From Phaeosaccion multiseriatum (Eukaryota; Protista; Ochrophyta, other classes): a stretch of 64,000 nt of DNA. The stretch is from NCBI GenBank assembly GCA_965112735.1, contig OZ218962.1, forward strand, positions 124,001-188,000. Direction: 5' to 3'. The stretch's first letter is position 1; each line of letters begins with the position of its first letter. Positions 38,682 through 50,508 of this stretch are shown piece by piece. Under the pieces are notes generated by a model. The model saw only the letters and a list, made by a program, of their open reading frames with translations. It searched no databases and was not told the origin of the DNA. The translations under genes were made by a program, and so were the position numbers.

Positions 38682-39410
38682 TCAGTCGATGACCTGCACC
38701 ACCTGCCCGAGCTGCTCCAGCACCCACTGGCCCCACGCGTCTGCGCGGTAGATGGCGTCTTGCATGACAAAGTCGGAGAGGAGCGTCATGAGGCCGAACA
38801 CCGCCTGACCCAGGATGCACAGGAACACCAGCTGCAGCGAGCGCGCCAGAGTGGGCCACGACACCGGGTAGCGCGGGTCCTCCTGGTCGAACAGCTCAAA
38901 GTCGCGGAAGGGGTTGTTTTTGCCCTCCCCGAACCCCATCTGGTCCGCCAGGGCCTTGGCCTTGGCCGCCTTCTCAATGGCAATGTCCGTCACCTTCTCA
39001 ATCTCCGTCTCGTTCTCCTCGTAGTTGGCCTGTATCTCCCTCCGCATCATCTCCACCTCCTCCTCCACCGACATTCCCTTGCGCCCACCTGCCCCCATTG
39101 CATCGGCAATGCCCTCCGGCTCCCCCTCCGCCCGCAGCACCACCCGGCCGGCCCGACGCCGAGGCTTCTGCGGCGAGTAGAACAGCCCTCTGCCCACCCC
39201 CAGTATCCTTTGCTGTGGCGAGGAGCACCGATGATGAGGAGAGGACATTTGCAGGGGAGCCGCTGATGCTGCTGCTGATCCTGAGCCTCCTGCTAGTGGT
39301 GCTCTTGCTCCTACTACTGCCCCCCCTGTGATGAAAGCCTGGCACTGGCCGGCTATCGACGCTGCTGCTACCACTGCCACCACACCCTGCGACAGCGATC
39401 CCCAAGCCAT
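38682..39410 (-). CDS. secE: Plastid-targeted SecE-like preprotein translocase subunit
   Basis: Signal peptide ending CQA-F then a transit-like Ser/Arg/Ala-rich segment; C-terminal VSWPT motif followed by one TM helix ending in D (SecE pattern VxWP...TM). Single exon. Confidence 0.7.
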   Translation of the reverse strand: MAWGSLSQGVVAVVAAASIAGQCQAFITGGAVVGARAPLAGGSGSAAASAAPLQMSSPHHRCSSPQQRILGVGRGLFYSPQKPRRRAGRVVLRAEGEPEGIADAMGAGGRKGMSVEEEVEMMRREIQANYEENETEIEKVTDIAIEKAAKAKALADQMGFGEGKNNPFRDFELFDQEDPRYPVSWPTLARSLQLVFLCILGQAVFGLMTLLSDFVMQDAIYRADAWGQWVLEQLGQVVQVID

Positions 39411-40720
39411 GGCCGCAGCCGGGTGCCACTCCTATTTGCGCAACGCGAGCCTCTCCTCCAAGCCTCCGACTTTCCCCAATGCGCGTTCTGAGCAGTGCAC
39501 GAGCAGGCAGCAGCAGGCGCGTCGAGTCAGGTCGGAGAGGTGGGCAGCAGAACCGAGGGAGCGACCAAAAAAAAAATGTATGCATTGCTCCTGCACACGC
39601 ACACACACGTACCTCTCTTTCAAGCCCGCCAAGAGTCACTTCTATTCCTTTTGGTCTGCGCTTCTTCCCTCTCCCCCCCCTTCGCAATAGCTCCTTCTTT
39701 TACCCGTAATAGCACCAGCAGCGATTAAGATTAAGAGCCCCTTTGTCTGGCAGGGGCTGGTGCTCCTCCTTGCCGGCTCACGCACCCCCCGGGAATCTCA
39801 CGGCGGAGGCTGTTTTTGTCCAAAGAAAAGCGCGAGGGTGCAAAGCAGTTAAATATATAGACTGAAAAGAAAGGAGATAGACGAAGACAAAAAAACAGGA
39901 GGGGCGTGGTACAATCTGGGTGCTTCGTTGTGCGACAGACAGGAGGCTTGACGTGAGCGCTTCACTCGCAGCACCAGAGGCCGGTTAAGAGTAACCACCA
40001 CCCTTTCTAGAGGAGAAGAAAAGAAAAGAGAAGGCGTTATCAGGCTTCTTAGGGCGCAGCTACTTTGGTGCCGCAGCACAGCACACCTTCACACAATATG
40101 AAGGGCGGCCAGAGGTGCGGCGTGGCGGCAGTGCGGAGATAGCAGCAAGGAGGGGGACTGGGAAAGGTGCGTGCCGTGCTCGGAATTGCGTGGGGTTCAA
40201 CACGACAGGCAGCGCTAGCCTCTCGTCTGCGAGAGGAACAGCCTGGTGTGGATCGCTCGTTGCCAGCCTATGCCTGGTGCAGAGGCTGCTGGCTCTGCTC
40301 ACATCTCGCTGCCGCGACAATTCCGTCGAAGGGCACTTGAAATATTGCTTCTTCGGGGTGGGGATGCTGAGAGCTGAGGCAAGCAAAGAAACGGCGCATA
40401 CAAGACGGAGTCGCAGAAGGGATCTTGCTTGCTTGCCAAAGACAACGCTACTGACGGCATTGCGGCGTTCGTTCGTCGCTAATGGTGCTGGCCCTGCTCT
40501 CGGGGGCGGCCCACTAACTACTGTACGATATTCTCAGCCTCTGGCCTCGAGTCCTCTTGGGGGGGTGCATGCACTAAGTCTGGACTGGAGGACTTATCCT
40601 GTGTGCCAACTCCCCCCCCCCCCTTCTCCCTCTCTCTCTCTCTCTCTCTCGCTCACCCTCCGCAGGCAGCAGTAGCAGCCGCAGCGCACACGCCCCCCCA
40701 AGCCGGCTTGGAGCCCCAAC

Positions 40721-41722
40721 ATGTCGGGAGGAAGCGTTTGCCCGGTGCCTCTCCGCACCAGGCCCTTTAGAGAGGAGCACGAGAGGGACTGGGGCGCGTC
40801 CGCCGCCCCCGTGTCGGGAAGCTTTGGGCCCTCTCCGCCCCAGGCAGAGCCCAAGGAAGCGGCGGCAGTCCGTGATGCAGTAGCAACGCCTGTCTCCCCC
40901 GCGAGGAGCGCCATCCCGGCGTGGGCCAAGTCCGCCCGAATGTTTCCACAGCCTACGGAAGCCGCGGCGGAAGGGGCAGCAGGGGGTGCTCATGCACCCC
41001 CGCAACAGCACCACCTGCGCTCCACATCCGACGCAGAGAGCGACAGAGCCACCGTGCCGCCCCCCCCCGAGCAAGCTCAGGCTGAAGCTCAGGCTGAAGC
41101 TCAAGCTGAAGCTGCCCGCATTGCCTACAAAGCCAACAAGCCAAGCCGCTCCGCCCCGGTGGAGCCCAACACCCCCACCCCAGCTACAACTACGGTTACG
41201 GTCCCCGCCTTGGGCCGGCAGAGGAGTGTGAGCACCATCCAAGAGCAGCGCCAGCAGCAGCCGCCGCACAAGGAGAAGCCACCGCGCCAGGGCCTGCCTC
41301 CCTGCGCGCCCTCCCCCACGCCCGCGCCCACGCCCGCGGCCACCCCCTGGAGCACTGCCATCGACTCGTTCCTGATTCAGTACTCGAGGAAGGGCAGCGC
41401 CACCTGCCGGGCCTGCGCCCGCAAGATCCCCGAGGGGCACATGCAGTTCGGCATCTTCTACCAGCACGGCAAGACGGACCACTGCACGCTGACCTGGTTC
41501 CACATCCAGTGCGTCGTGCCTCCCAGGGGCGTGTACTCCGCCCTGCAGCTGACGGGCTGCGAGGACCTGGTGGTGGAGGATGTACGCGTGGTTACACAGT
41601 GGCTCAACAGCAACAACGGGTCCGGTGTGGGGGAGGGGAAGGGCGGGGAGAGGGAGGGTGGAGGAGAGGGGGGTGGAGGGGACGGAGATGAAGATGCCAA
41701 GGATAGATCGTGGACTTTATGA
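40721..41722 (+). CDS. Protein with a single PARP-type zinc finger after a Pro/Ala-rich N-terminus
   Basis: IQYSRKGSATCRAC...KIPEGHMQFG...WFHIQC matches the zf-PARP CxxC...HxxC pattern. An upstream exon is possible (CAG acceptor at 40665). Confidence 0.75.
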   Translation: MSGGSVCPVPLRTRPFREEHERDWGASAAPVSGSFGPSPPQAEPKEAAAVRDAVATPVSPARSAIPAWAKSARMFPQPTEAAAEGAAGGAHAPPQQHHLRSTSDAESDRATVPPPPEQAQAEAQAEAQAEAARIAYKANKPSRSAPVEPNTPTPATTTVTVPALGRQRSVSTIQEQRQQQPPHKEKPPRQGLPPCAPSPTPAPTPAATPWSTAIDSFLIQYSRKGSATCRACARKIPEGHMQFGIFYQHGKTDHCTLTWFHIQCVVPPRGVYSALQLTGCEDLVVEDVRVVTQWLNSNNGSGVGEGKGGEREGGGEGGGGDGDEDAKDRSWTL

Positions 41723-42340
41723 GTGAGGAAGTGATTGACTCTTGTGGCTGCTTGCGACTGGGCCCGTTTGTATATGGGGAGGGGAAGAAAGAGAGGCCGA
41801 TTTGGCGCAGCAGCGAGGTGTTTGACTGAGTATTATTGTGAGTAGAGGGATGGGGGGTTATGGGGTATGGGGTATTGGGTATTGGGCATTGGGTATTGGG
41901 GATTTGGGGGAGGCGGTTTGAAGCCACTTGTGCCCTGCTCGGTGCCGTTGGTAGTGCCAGAAGCACTGAAGCCCGTACAATTGGCGGGAAGAAGACCCGT
42001 AAAAAGGCTTATTCACGGCAATTGCACGGTCTTGAAAGTTGTTTTGGCACTACCTACGGCGCTGAGCGGGGCACAATTGGCGGGAATAGGACCTCACACA
42101 AGAGCGTCGGGCGGCATGGGGGCAAAACAAAGCATCACTGTTTGGAAGTGATGCATACGAATGGGCCGACCGACGATTGGAGGGCAGTTTATAGAGCGAC
42201 CATAGAGGGGAAGGGAAGGAAGGGTTTAGAAGTTTAGATGGGCGCGTTTTGCCGCATGCCCACAGCATTTGCAAGTATACCATACATGTATATCCTTTTC
42301 CTCGTCGATCACTCGCGCACCGCCACTTGGCTTGGTCGTG

Positions 42341-42374
<34 letters not shown>

Positions 42375-42868
42375 GAGTCTTTGTTCGCCGCGCTGCGCAG
42401 GAAAATATGTACCTTTCTTCGATGAAGCGTGCGAGTGCGTCGGTTGACGGTTTATTGTTTAGCGATGCTCGACCATCCTGCCTTGCACAGGCAGCACAGT
42501 CCCGAGCGAGGCGACGGCTCTTCTTCCCCTCGCCACACCCTCTCTCTCTCTGTCTCTCTCTCTCTCCTCCCCATCACCACGCTACGCCACATATATCCAC
42601 AGTTGGGTCGAGAGCCTCGGTCGGTGTCAGCTCAGAGGGGTCGCGGCAAATGCGCAGTAGCAAAGCGAGTAGTGGGTGCTGCTCCAGGACCACTCCTCTC
42701 CAGCGCCTGTCGTCGTTGCTTCGGCCCTGTCGTAGTGTTGTCTGTCTGACCCCCCCCCTCCTAGTCAGCCAGCTTCATAAGCTTCAGAAGCTTGTCCTCT
42801 CTCTCTGGTACCCCTCGTCCAAAACACCCCCCCCCATATCTCTCTCTTATCTCCATCCGTCTCCCTGT

Positions 42869-44028
42869 CTACATGAAGTTGTCTAAGTTGAGCTCGGGAG
42901 ACTCCATGTCGGGGTACTCGTCCTCCGTTCCGAAGCCGAGGTCATCCCCCAGATCGGCGGCCTTAGGCGTGTAGAAGTCCAGCAGCTCCTCGAGGTTCTG
43001 TGCGTTGTGCTTGAGTGCCTCAGGCTCGGCATCTGCCGTGGCCTTGGTTGGCTTACGTGGTCGGCACTTTCCGTAGGTGTGGCGAAACCGCTTGCCTTTC
43101 TTTGTGCCTACATCGCCCCTGCCGTTCACTCGAGTCTGTGGACAGAGCGCATCGGGGTGGAGTGGGGGACAAACCAAAGGGGAGAAGGTCGACGAGGGGG
43201 TCGGGGTGTAAGTGAGTGTGTCCGGGAGTTGACGTTTGTCAGCTCCCCTCTGCCCGTCTGCAACGCATTCGCACTCTCGCAAGCAACGACAGCGAAGCGA
43301 GGGTGCTGAGGCGAGCAGGTGGACGCACTCGGAAAGACAGCCCCCAGCAAGGCATCCTTGAAGGAGTGCTTGAGGCGTGGGGCAACTCAAAGCCGACGCC
43401 AAAGAGCTCTCCCTGCGCGTACCCACTTCGCCCATATCCATTCACCCGGGAGACAGACCGGGAGCAGCAGCAGAAGCAGCAGTAGCAGCGGCGGCGGCGG
43501 TAGCCGCAATAGCAACGCAGCCTTCAGAGTGCCCACCCCTGTATATCAGCGTCTCCCAACTCCAGTGCGTGTTCGTTTTTCGCTGATGTGTGCTGGGGAG
43601 GCCCCGTCCTGCTGAGGCCCCGTCCGCCGCCCACTGCCTACCGCCCCTCGCTCGGAGCCTTGCAGGGTCGAAGGTCTTGTGCACACTTGTCAACGCCGCT
43701 GCCTGTCCACTTTCGACGGCCCTCGCTCCCCATCCACTCTCCAGTCCCTCTGCGAGCCACAGGAAGTGTGAACAGCAAGACCCCTCCTTGTCCCCACCGC
43801 CGAGAAGAAACCCTGTGTCCCACGCAAAGTCCTGCCGGGATCCCTCAACGAAGCCTCCGTCCGCGCAGTCCGCGCACGCCTGAGCAACCACCCCTCCCTC
43901 GATTCGCCTCCCCTTCTCACCTCTGTTGCCCCTGGACGGGCCGCTACTCGGGAGGTGGGCACAGGAGCGACGATAAAGGCCGACACGGCAGCCACGGAGA
44001 GCAGTAACACACACACAGCAAGCTTCAT
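42869..44028 (-). CDS. PSRP4: Plastid-targeted 30S ribosomal protein bTHX (Thx/PSRP4 family)
   Basis: Exon 44028-43921 (MKLAVCVLLLSVAAVSA-FIVAP presequence) joins in phase 0 to exon 43135-42869, which contains GRGDVGTKKGKRFRHTYGKCRPRK, the Thx core pattern. Confidence 0.8.
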
Positions 44029-44363
44029 TGTGAGTCTCTCTCTCTACAATGCTCACACTAATTCACTCAATTGGGCATCTCGGCCTCACACATACAAGCA
44101 TAAGTTTACGTAAGCATACGTAGGGAAATCGACAAGTTCCTCCCTCCCTCTTGGAGAAGAGAGAGAACGTTGTTAGAGGATAGCCACACAGCCCGCTGAA
44201 GGTTAGAAAGAAAATCAGGAGGACCTGGAGCTCTTGCTGTTGGAGAGTGGAAAGGAAAGGGCTACTGTAGTGTCTGTGCAGAGGAGGATCTTGCTGAGCC
44301 TCGGCGGGTGAGCAAGCCTCTCTTGAGGAAAGAGGAGAGGAGAAGGAGCACAACGGCTGCAGG

Positions 44364-45255
44364 ATGTCGTCGAGGTACGTGTAGAGGAACAGAAATTGGT
44401 GAAGCAAGGTTTGCAGCTGCGTGTGCGATGGCCTTGCCGTTCCATGGCGCGTGTGGCCGCGTGGGGAAGGGATGGAAGAAGCTGCGAGAAGTGGGGAGAA
44501 CATGGACACTGCATGGCGACCCACGGTAGCCCGGGGCGGCGCTGGGCCTCCGACGTGTCAGAGGAATAGCCAAGGAAGCGGATACTGTGGGGACGTGGGG
44601 ACGTGGGGGAGGAGGGCTACGGGCGTGGCTGCAGCAACAATTGATTTTGGGCTGTGAACAAGTCCGTTTCCGACAAGATTTCTTTCTGGGCCAGAAGCAG
44701 GAGGCTTCGTAGCGGGTTGCAGACGGGAGACTTGTGGAGAAAAACTGATGACGATGGAAGGAAAGGCCCGCGCGAAGAGCAGAGACGGCCGCGTTTTGCA
44801 AGTCGCCTTTCCTCACCACTCCATGTTAACACCCCCTGCACGTGCTGCTCTGACAATCGCGTGCACGCCTGCGACTTACTTACTTTTCACCGTGAACGCA
44901 TGCATCGCCCACCCACCGCCTCAGATATGACCGCGCGATCACAGTCTTCTCCCCGGACGGGCATCTGTTCCAGGTGGAGTACGCCATCGAGGCCGTGAAG
45001 CGAGGCAGCTCGGTGGTGGGGGTCAGGGGCAAGGACGTGGTCGTGCTGGGCGTCGAGAGGAAGGCAACGGTGCGTGGGGAAGGGGGGGGGGGCTGAAGCT
45101 GTACTCTTGCAGTCGCTGACTGACTGACGACTGGCCTCTGTTCCCGGCCGGGTGGAGACTCAGGGGAGAGTCTGTCTGTCTGGTGGCCTCACTGCGCGAC
45201 TCACGCTAGCTACCCCTGCGTACCCTACGATGCATCACACACACACAAACACACA

Positions 45256-45288
<33 letters not shown>

Positions 45289-46777
45289 GCACAGGCCAAG
45301 CTGCAAGACCCGCGCACCATCCGCAAGATCGTGCAGCTTGACAGACACGTCACGCTCGCCTTCGCCGGGCTCACGGCAGACGCTCGAGTGCTCATCGACA
45401 AGGCTCGCTTGGAGTGCCAGAGCTACAGGCTCACATGCGAGGACGCGCCCTCGCTCGGTGAGTGGGAGGAGGAGGAGGAGGAGGAGGAGGAGGAGGAGGA
45501 GGAGGAGGAGGAGGAGGAGGAGTTGGTCGTGGGGAGGGCCGGCCGATGAGGGGCAGCCAGCTTCCGAACAAGCACCCTACTGCAATTGCCATGGTGTTTG
45601 GTTGTGTCCAAGTAGGCACGCAGGCCGGTCCTCGAGCCATCTCCTTATTTCTATACCACGGGAGGCGGTATAAGTAGGTCTACTCGTGCCCCCTGCCATC
45701 CCGTCCTCCTTCTTCTTCCCTCCTCCCTCATGCACCCAGAATCCTTCTTCTCTCTCCCTCTCTCTGTCTCACTCGCACAGAGTACGTAGCCCGGTTCCTG
45801 GCCCGCACGCAGCAAAAGTACACGCAGCGAGGAGGGATGCGGCCCTTCGGAGTGTCCTCCATCTTGGCGGGCTTCGGGCCGGACGGACAGCCGGAGATGT
45901 ACCAGACAGACCCGGCAGGAACATACAGGTGAGGAGGGCCGGAAATAGAGAGAGGGGTACCAGATAAGCGAATGCAGCACTCACTCACTCACTCACTCAC
46001 TCCCTCACTCACTTGAGACCCTCGCTCGCCTCTCCTCTCCTCTCCTCTCCTCTCCTCTCTCCAACGACTTGGGGCAAACGACATCCGAATGGAATGGAAT
46101 GGGGTGGGAAACAGTGCGTGGAAGGCCAACGCGATTGGCGGGAAGAGCAGCAAGAACATGCGTGAGTTCCTGGAGAAGCACTGGGAGGGGGACATGGAGG
46201 AGGGCACCGCAGTCAAGCTGTGCATCAAAGCCCTGCTCGAGGTGGTGGACAGCGGCTCAAAGAATATGGAGGTGGTGGTGCTCCGGCCGGGACAGGTGAG
46301 AGGGAGGGGGAGGAAGGAAGAGGGGCAGGGGCCACGGGAGTAGAGCGGGCAGTGGGTGGAGGGTAGGGGGAGGCAGGCAGGTAGACAGACAGACGGGCCC
46401 GTCCGATCCGCGCTCGCAGCAGTACTTGTCGCGGTTGTGTGTGTGTGTGTGTGCGCGCCACGCCTCCCTCCCTTGCCCTTCGTCGTTTGCTTCTGTACGG
46501 CACGAGAGCGGGGTCTTGCCTGGCTGGGGGCTCTGGGGGCCCTTGTGCCTTGCATGTGCTCAGCTGCCCCCCCCCCCCTCATGTGGAGTTGACCAGACTC
46601 TGACTCTTGCTGTTCCGCCTTGTCCGTCCCTTTTGTCCTTCTCTTGTTGTACCTTCCTCCTCTCTCGCTCTACAGGCCGTGTCCACGCTAACGGACGAGG
46701 AGATGGGCGAGGTGGTGAAGGTGATCGAGCAGGAGGCGGAGGAGGCAAAGGCCGAGAGCAAGAGTGGCCAACAATGA
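44364..46777 (+). CDS. PSMA7: 20S proteasome subunit alpha4 (alpha type-7)
   Basis: [57 protein letters not shown]. Exons: 44364-44374, 44925-45069, 45295-45457, 45781-45928, 46115-46295, 46676-46777. Confidence 0.97.
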
Positions 46778-47436
46778 GCAATGAGCCCAGGGAGAGCGGT
46801 GCGGTGCCAATGAGGCGGGGAGGTGGGCAACAAATCAGGCCATTGAATGAGGCAAGGAGGGAGTGGGAAGACAATGAGATCCACGATGATTCGAGCGGTT
46901 GGCGATGTAGGATGGATGGAGAGGGGCACGTACGCCAACCGTGAGTCCTACAAGGAGGCCAACAGTATGGCGAGGGAAGGGGGGAGGGCAGCAAAGACTC
47001 AGTTCGCCTCGCCTCCCCCCCCCCCCATATGTGGGCGGCGACTCTTGGATGGTCAGGAGATGGCAGCTGACGGGGTGCGCTAGTCCCCGAGTAGGCTGGG
47101 CAGAGACTGGGCAGAGTTTGGCCACTCTTTCCAACTCTTTCTAATATACTTGAATTAGCACACAAGTGAGTGCAAAACTGGTGGCTCCTGCTTCTCCCCC
47201 CGCCCCCCACCCACCCCGGGGTCAACGAGTAGCGGACTCGAGTGGAGCGCGTGCTCCCTGCTTGCCGCCCCGCCAGACGACGGTCCAGCAGCGCCGCACA
47301 CACACAACAACAAGGCCCTTTCCCTTAGCTTGACGTTCTCAGTGTATGTGACCCGTAAGCCTCTTGTCCTTCGCTCCTACAGCGACAATTGAATCTGTTT
47401 GGACAGCGAGAGACTGGACCCTCTCCCCACACAATG

Positions 47437-47487
<51 letters not shown>

Positions 47488-47651
47488 TCGAGGAAAGGAG
47501 GCCTCTTTTACTACCTAGGCTTTGCTATGAGGCGCTAACTACTGCAGGGGAGGCAGTGGAGATGAGCTCGAGACTTACCAAAGAGTAAAGCTACATCTAC
47601 ATTCACTCCTCTCCCTCCCTCGACTCACAGGCAGCGAGCTTTTGCTGCGGA

Positions 47652-49328
47652 TTACAACAGGTCATCGTCGCTGCTGTCCTCTTCTCCCCCCGCGTCTGAG
47701 AGGAGCTCCGCCTCGAGCTTAGCAGCGTCGAAATCCTCGTAGATGGACGAGCTGAACACCGCCTTCTGTTGTTGTTTTTGTACCACCACCTGCTGCCCCT
47801 CCGCCCCACCTCCCCCAGCCCCCGCCGCCACTCCTTCGCCGTCAACATCCATACCAGCTCCGCCCTCTCCGCTCGCTCCGCCCTTTTCGTCGCTCACGCA
47901 CACGGTAGGCATGGAGGGGGAGGGCATGACCACCTCCACGAGTTGTAATCCGTCCGAGTTGGCCGTGTCATCCCATCTGTGAAGCCGCCTCCGCCACTCC
48001 GTCACCTTTGGGGGAGAGCAGCCGGGGGGAGGGAGGGGGCATGGGGGGGTTGCAAGTAGGCGTAAGACGGGCGACGAGGGGGGCAATGGCAACGACAGGC
48101 AGGAGGAGGGAGGAGGGAGGAGGCCTTAACGGGTGCAGGTAGTGTGAGTGTGAGTGGTGGTGGAGTAGCAGGCAAGAAAGAGGGAAGGGTAGAGGGGGGC
48201 CGAGCGGGAGAGACCAACAAGGAGGCTGAGCGGAAAATTTTCTTTTGTCAGTCGTCCTCCTGAAGGGAAGGGAATCAGAGGACAGAAGACAGATGAGTAT
48301 GTCCTTTGTACCCACCCACCCATCCTACCCACCCCACCTTTCCCACCTACCAGGCCGGTGAAGCGCCGCTTGGACATTTTCACGTGCGGGTCGGGCGTGA
48401 CGGGGTGCTCCAGGGGGTCGCTCCGGCGGCGCTTGTGTCTGGCCACGAGGCGCGTGTAACGGTCGTAGCCTGTGGTGTTCTTGCCGTACAGGATCTGCTT
48501 CTGCCGCTGCGCCAGGCGGGCGGGGTCGTCTTCCTTCTCGGTGGTCTCGAATGTGGCCTCTGTGGAGGGAGAGAGAGGGAGGGAGGGAGGGAGAAGAGAG
48601 AGAAAGAGATAAGGGGGGTGGTGGGGGAGGAATCGACGTCAGACAGGGGCCCCTCTGTGGCAATTCCTCTCCGCTCCATTCACCTCCTCTCCCTTCACTC
48701 TCTGCGGCCCCGTGCTCCCTGCAAAAACGAACCTCCCGTCCTTACCTTCGACACCCGGCCCCGCTGTAGAGCGAAACTGCGGAGCATGGCCTAGCACATG
48801 ACTGGGTCCGACGATGGGCACAGCGACGGGAGAGGGGTACTCGGTGGTGGACGAGCCGCGCCCTCGCTTCCTTCCCCCACCCGCCCCATTCTCCCTCCGC
48901 TTGTCCTCGTGTCTGCCACCCGATCTATCCCTCGATCTATCCCTCGATCTGTCCCTCGACCTGGCCATCGACCCGTCTCTCCGCCTGTCTCTTCTTTCCC
49001 TGTCTCTCGGCCTGTCTCTTCTTTCCCTGTCTCTCGGCCTGTCTCTCGCTCTGTCGCTGGACCCGTCCCTCCACTTCTTAGACTCCCTCCCACTTCTCTC
49101 CCTCGGAACCCGCTCCTGCTGGTTCTCCCACCTGGTCCTACTCCTCTTCCCGTGGCTTTTGGCAGCGCTGCTGTGCGTGTCCCTTCCACGCCCCGCCTTC
49201 CTGTCCTGGTAGGCCGGGCTTCTGCTGTGGCCTCGCCGGGTGCTGCTCTTACTGCGGCTTCGGCTCCTACTCGCACTCCTCCACGCGCTCTTACTGCCCG
49301 TCCTCCGTCTGCTCTCATGCCGCTCCAT
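47652..49328 (-). CDS. SLBP: Histone mRNA stem-loop binding protein with an RS/RD-rich N-terminus
   Basis: RQKQILYGKNTTGYDRY...HPVTPDP...SKRRFTGL|VTEWRRRLHRWD matches the SLBP RNA-binding domain. Exons: 49328-48746, 48559-48351, 48005-47652. Confidence 0.9.
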
Positions 49329-49599
49329 GGCCGGTACTGAACGTGTTCGTCTCTAAGAAGGAGAAAAGGGCAAACCCAGACTTTTTTACCAGCTCGACGC
49401 ACACGTACTCGAAGAGATCCACGCAGCGTTCGCTGATCAAATCCTTCCAATGCCCAGGCTGTGCCACAAGCACCTCCTCGTGTAACAGAGAGAGAGAGAG
49501 AAGGACAAGGGGGATTTTCGAAAAACGATGGCAGTTGATGTCGCTCAGTGTTTTTGTTCGGGGAAAGAAGGAAGTGTATGAGAGAAAAACAGATTACAC

Positions 49600-50200
49600 G
49601 CGGTACAGCCCACCGCAGGTGAAGCACTTGAGATTATTTACAGAAATCATCAGAGTGGAATCAGTGCTGAGCAGCTTAAAGTGTGATTGAAGGGTCTACG
49701 GGGCGAAATTTAGAGGTGAAATGTGCTGTTGCTTTGGCGGGGTTTTGGCCCTGAAACAAGGGGGGAGGAGAGAGGCGCATGTGCGAGCTAGGGGACACGA
49801 GAGGTGAAGATCTTCAGGATGTTTACGACCCACACAGTTAACTAGCTGATGAGAAGCTGGGAGTGTGATCCCAGAAGATGGGGGGCGAAAGTGGGCAGGT
49901 GAAATGTCCTGTTGCTTTGCCGAGATTTTGGGCCTGAAACTAGAAACAATGGAGAAGGAGCGTGCGCGATCAAGATCCCATGAGAGGTGAATCTCTTCGG
50001 GGAGATTACGGACTATACAGCTCAGTCGACGTTGAATGGATGAGAGTGCGATTCCAGGGGCTGTGGGGCGAAAGAGCGAAGGTGAGATGAGAATACCTGT
50101 GGCAGGAGTTTTTCCCCCCAAAGAAGGGGAGGAGGGGGAGGAGCGTGTGCGAAGTAACTACCACGAGAGGTGAAACCCTTCGGAGGGTTTGAGCAATATA
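49600..50200. repeat. Diverged tandem repeat, period about 183 bp, about 3.5 units
   Basis: GGGGCGAAA recurs at about 49700, 49882 and 50065; AGGTGA(A) recurs twice per unit. Confidence 0.75.
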
Positions 50201-50508
50201 TCACTTACTACGCGTTGGACAGCTCAAAGTGTCCTTGCAGGACCTGCAGGGTCAGAGTAGGTAGTTCAAAGTGTCATGGACCCATTTTGGAGGGTATTTT
50301 GACCCTCGCCCAAGGGGGAAGAGAGGGGTTTGACAACAGACACAGGCCAGGTACACAGCTAGGCTCTGCCTCATGACCATGCGGAGCTTTCGTGATCTTG
50401 TTTGCGGTTTACAATGCTGTTTATGTTTTTGCATGTGATGTTTTAATCCAGTTTAAAGCACGTACGGAGTGTTCTGCTGCCTTTTGCCCGCTCCTTCCTT
50501 CAACGCAG

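Noticed and set aside
49696-50121. 141-aa minus-strand ORF with a 61-aa repeat
   Set aside because: No ATG start, no recognisable domain or clear splice support; simply explained by the 183-bp period being a multiple of 3.
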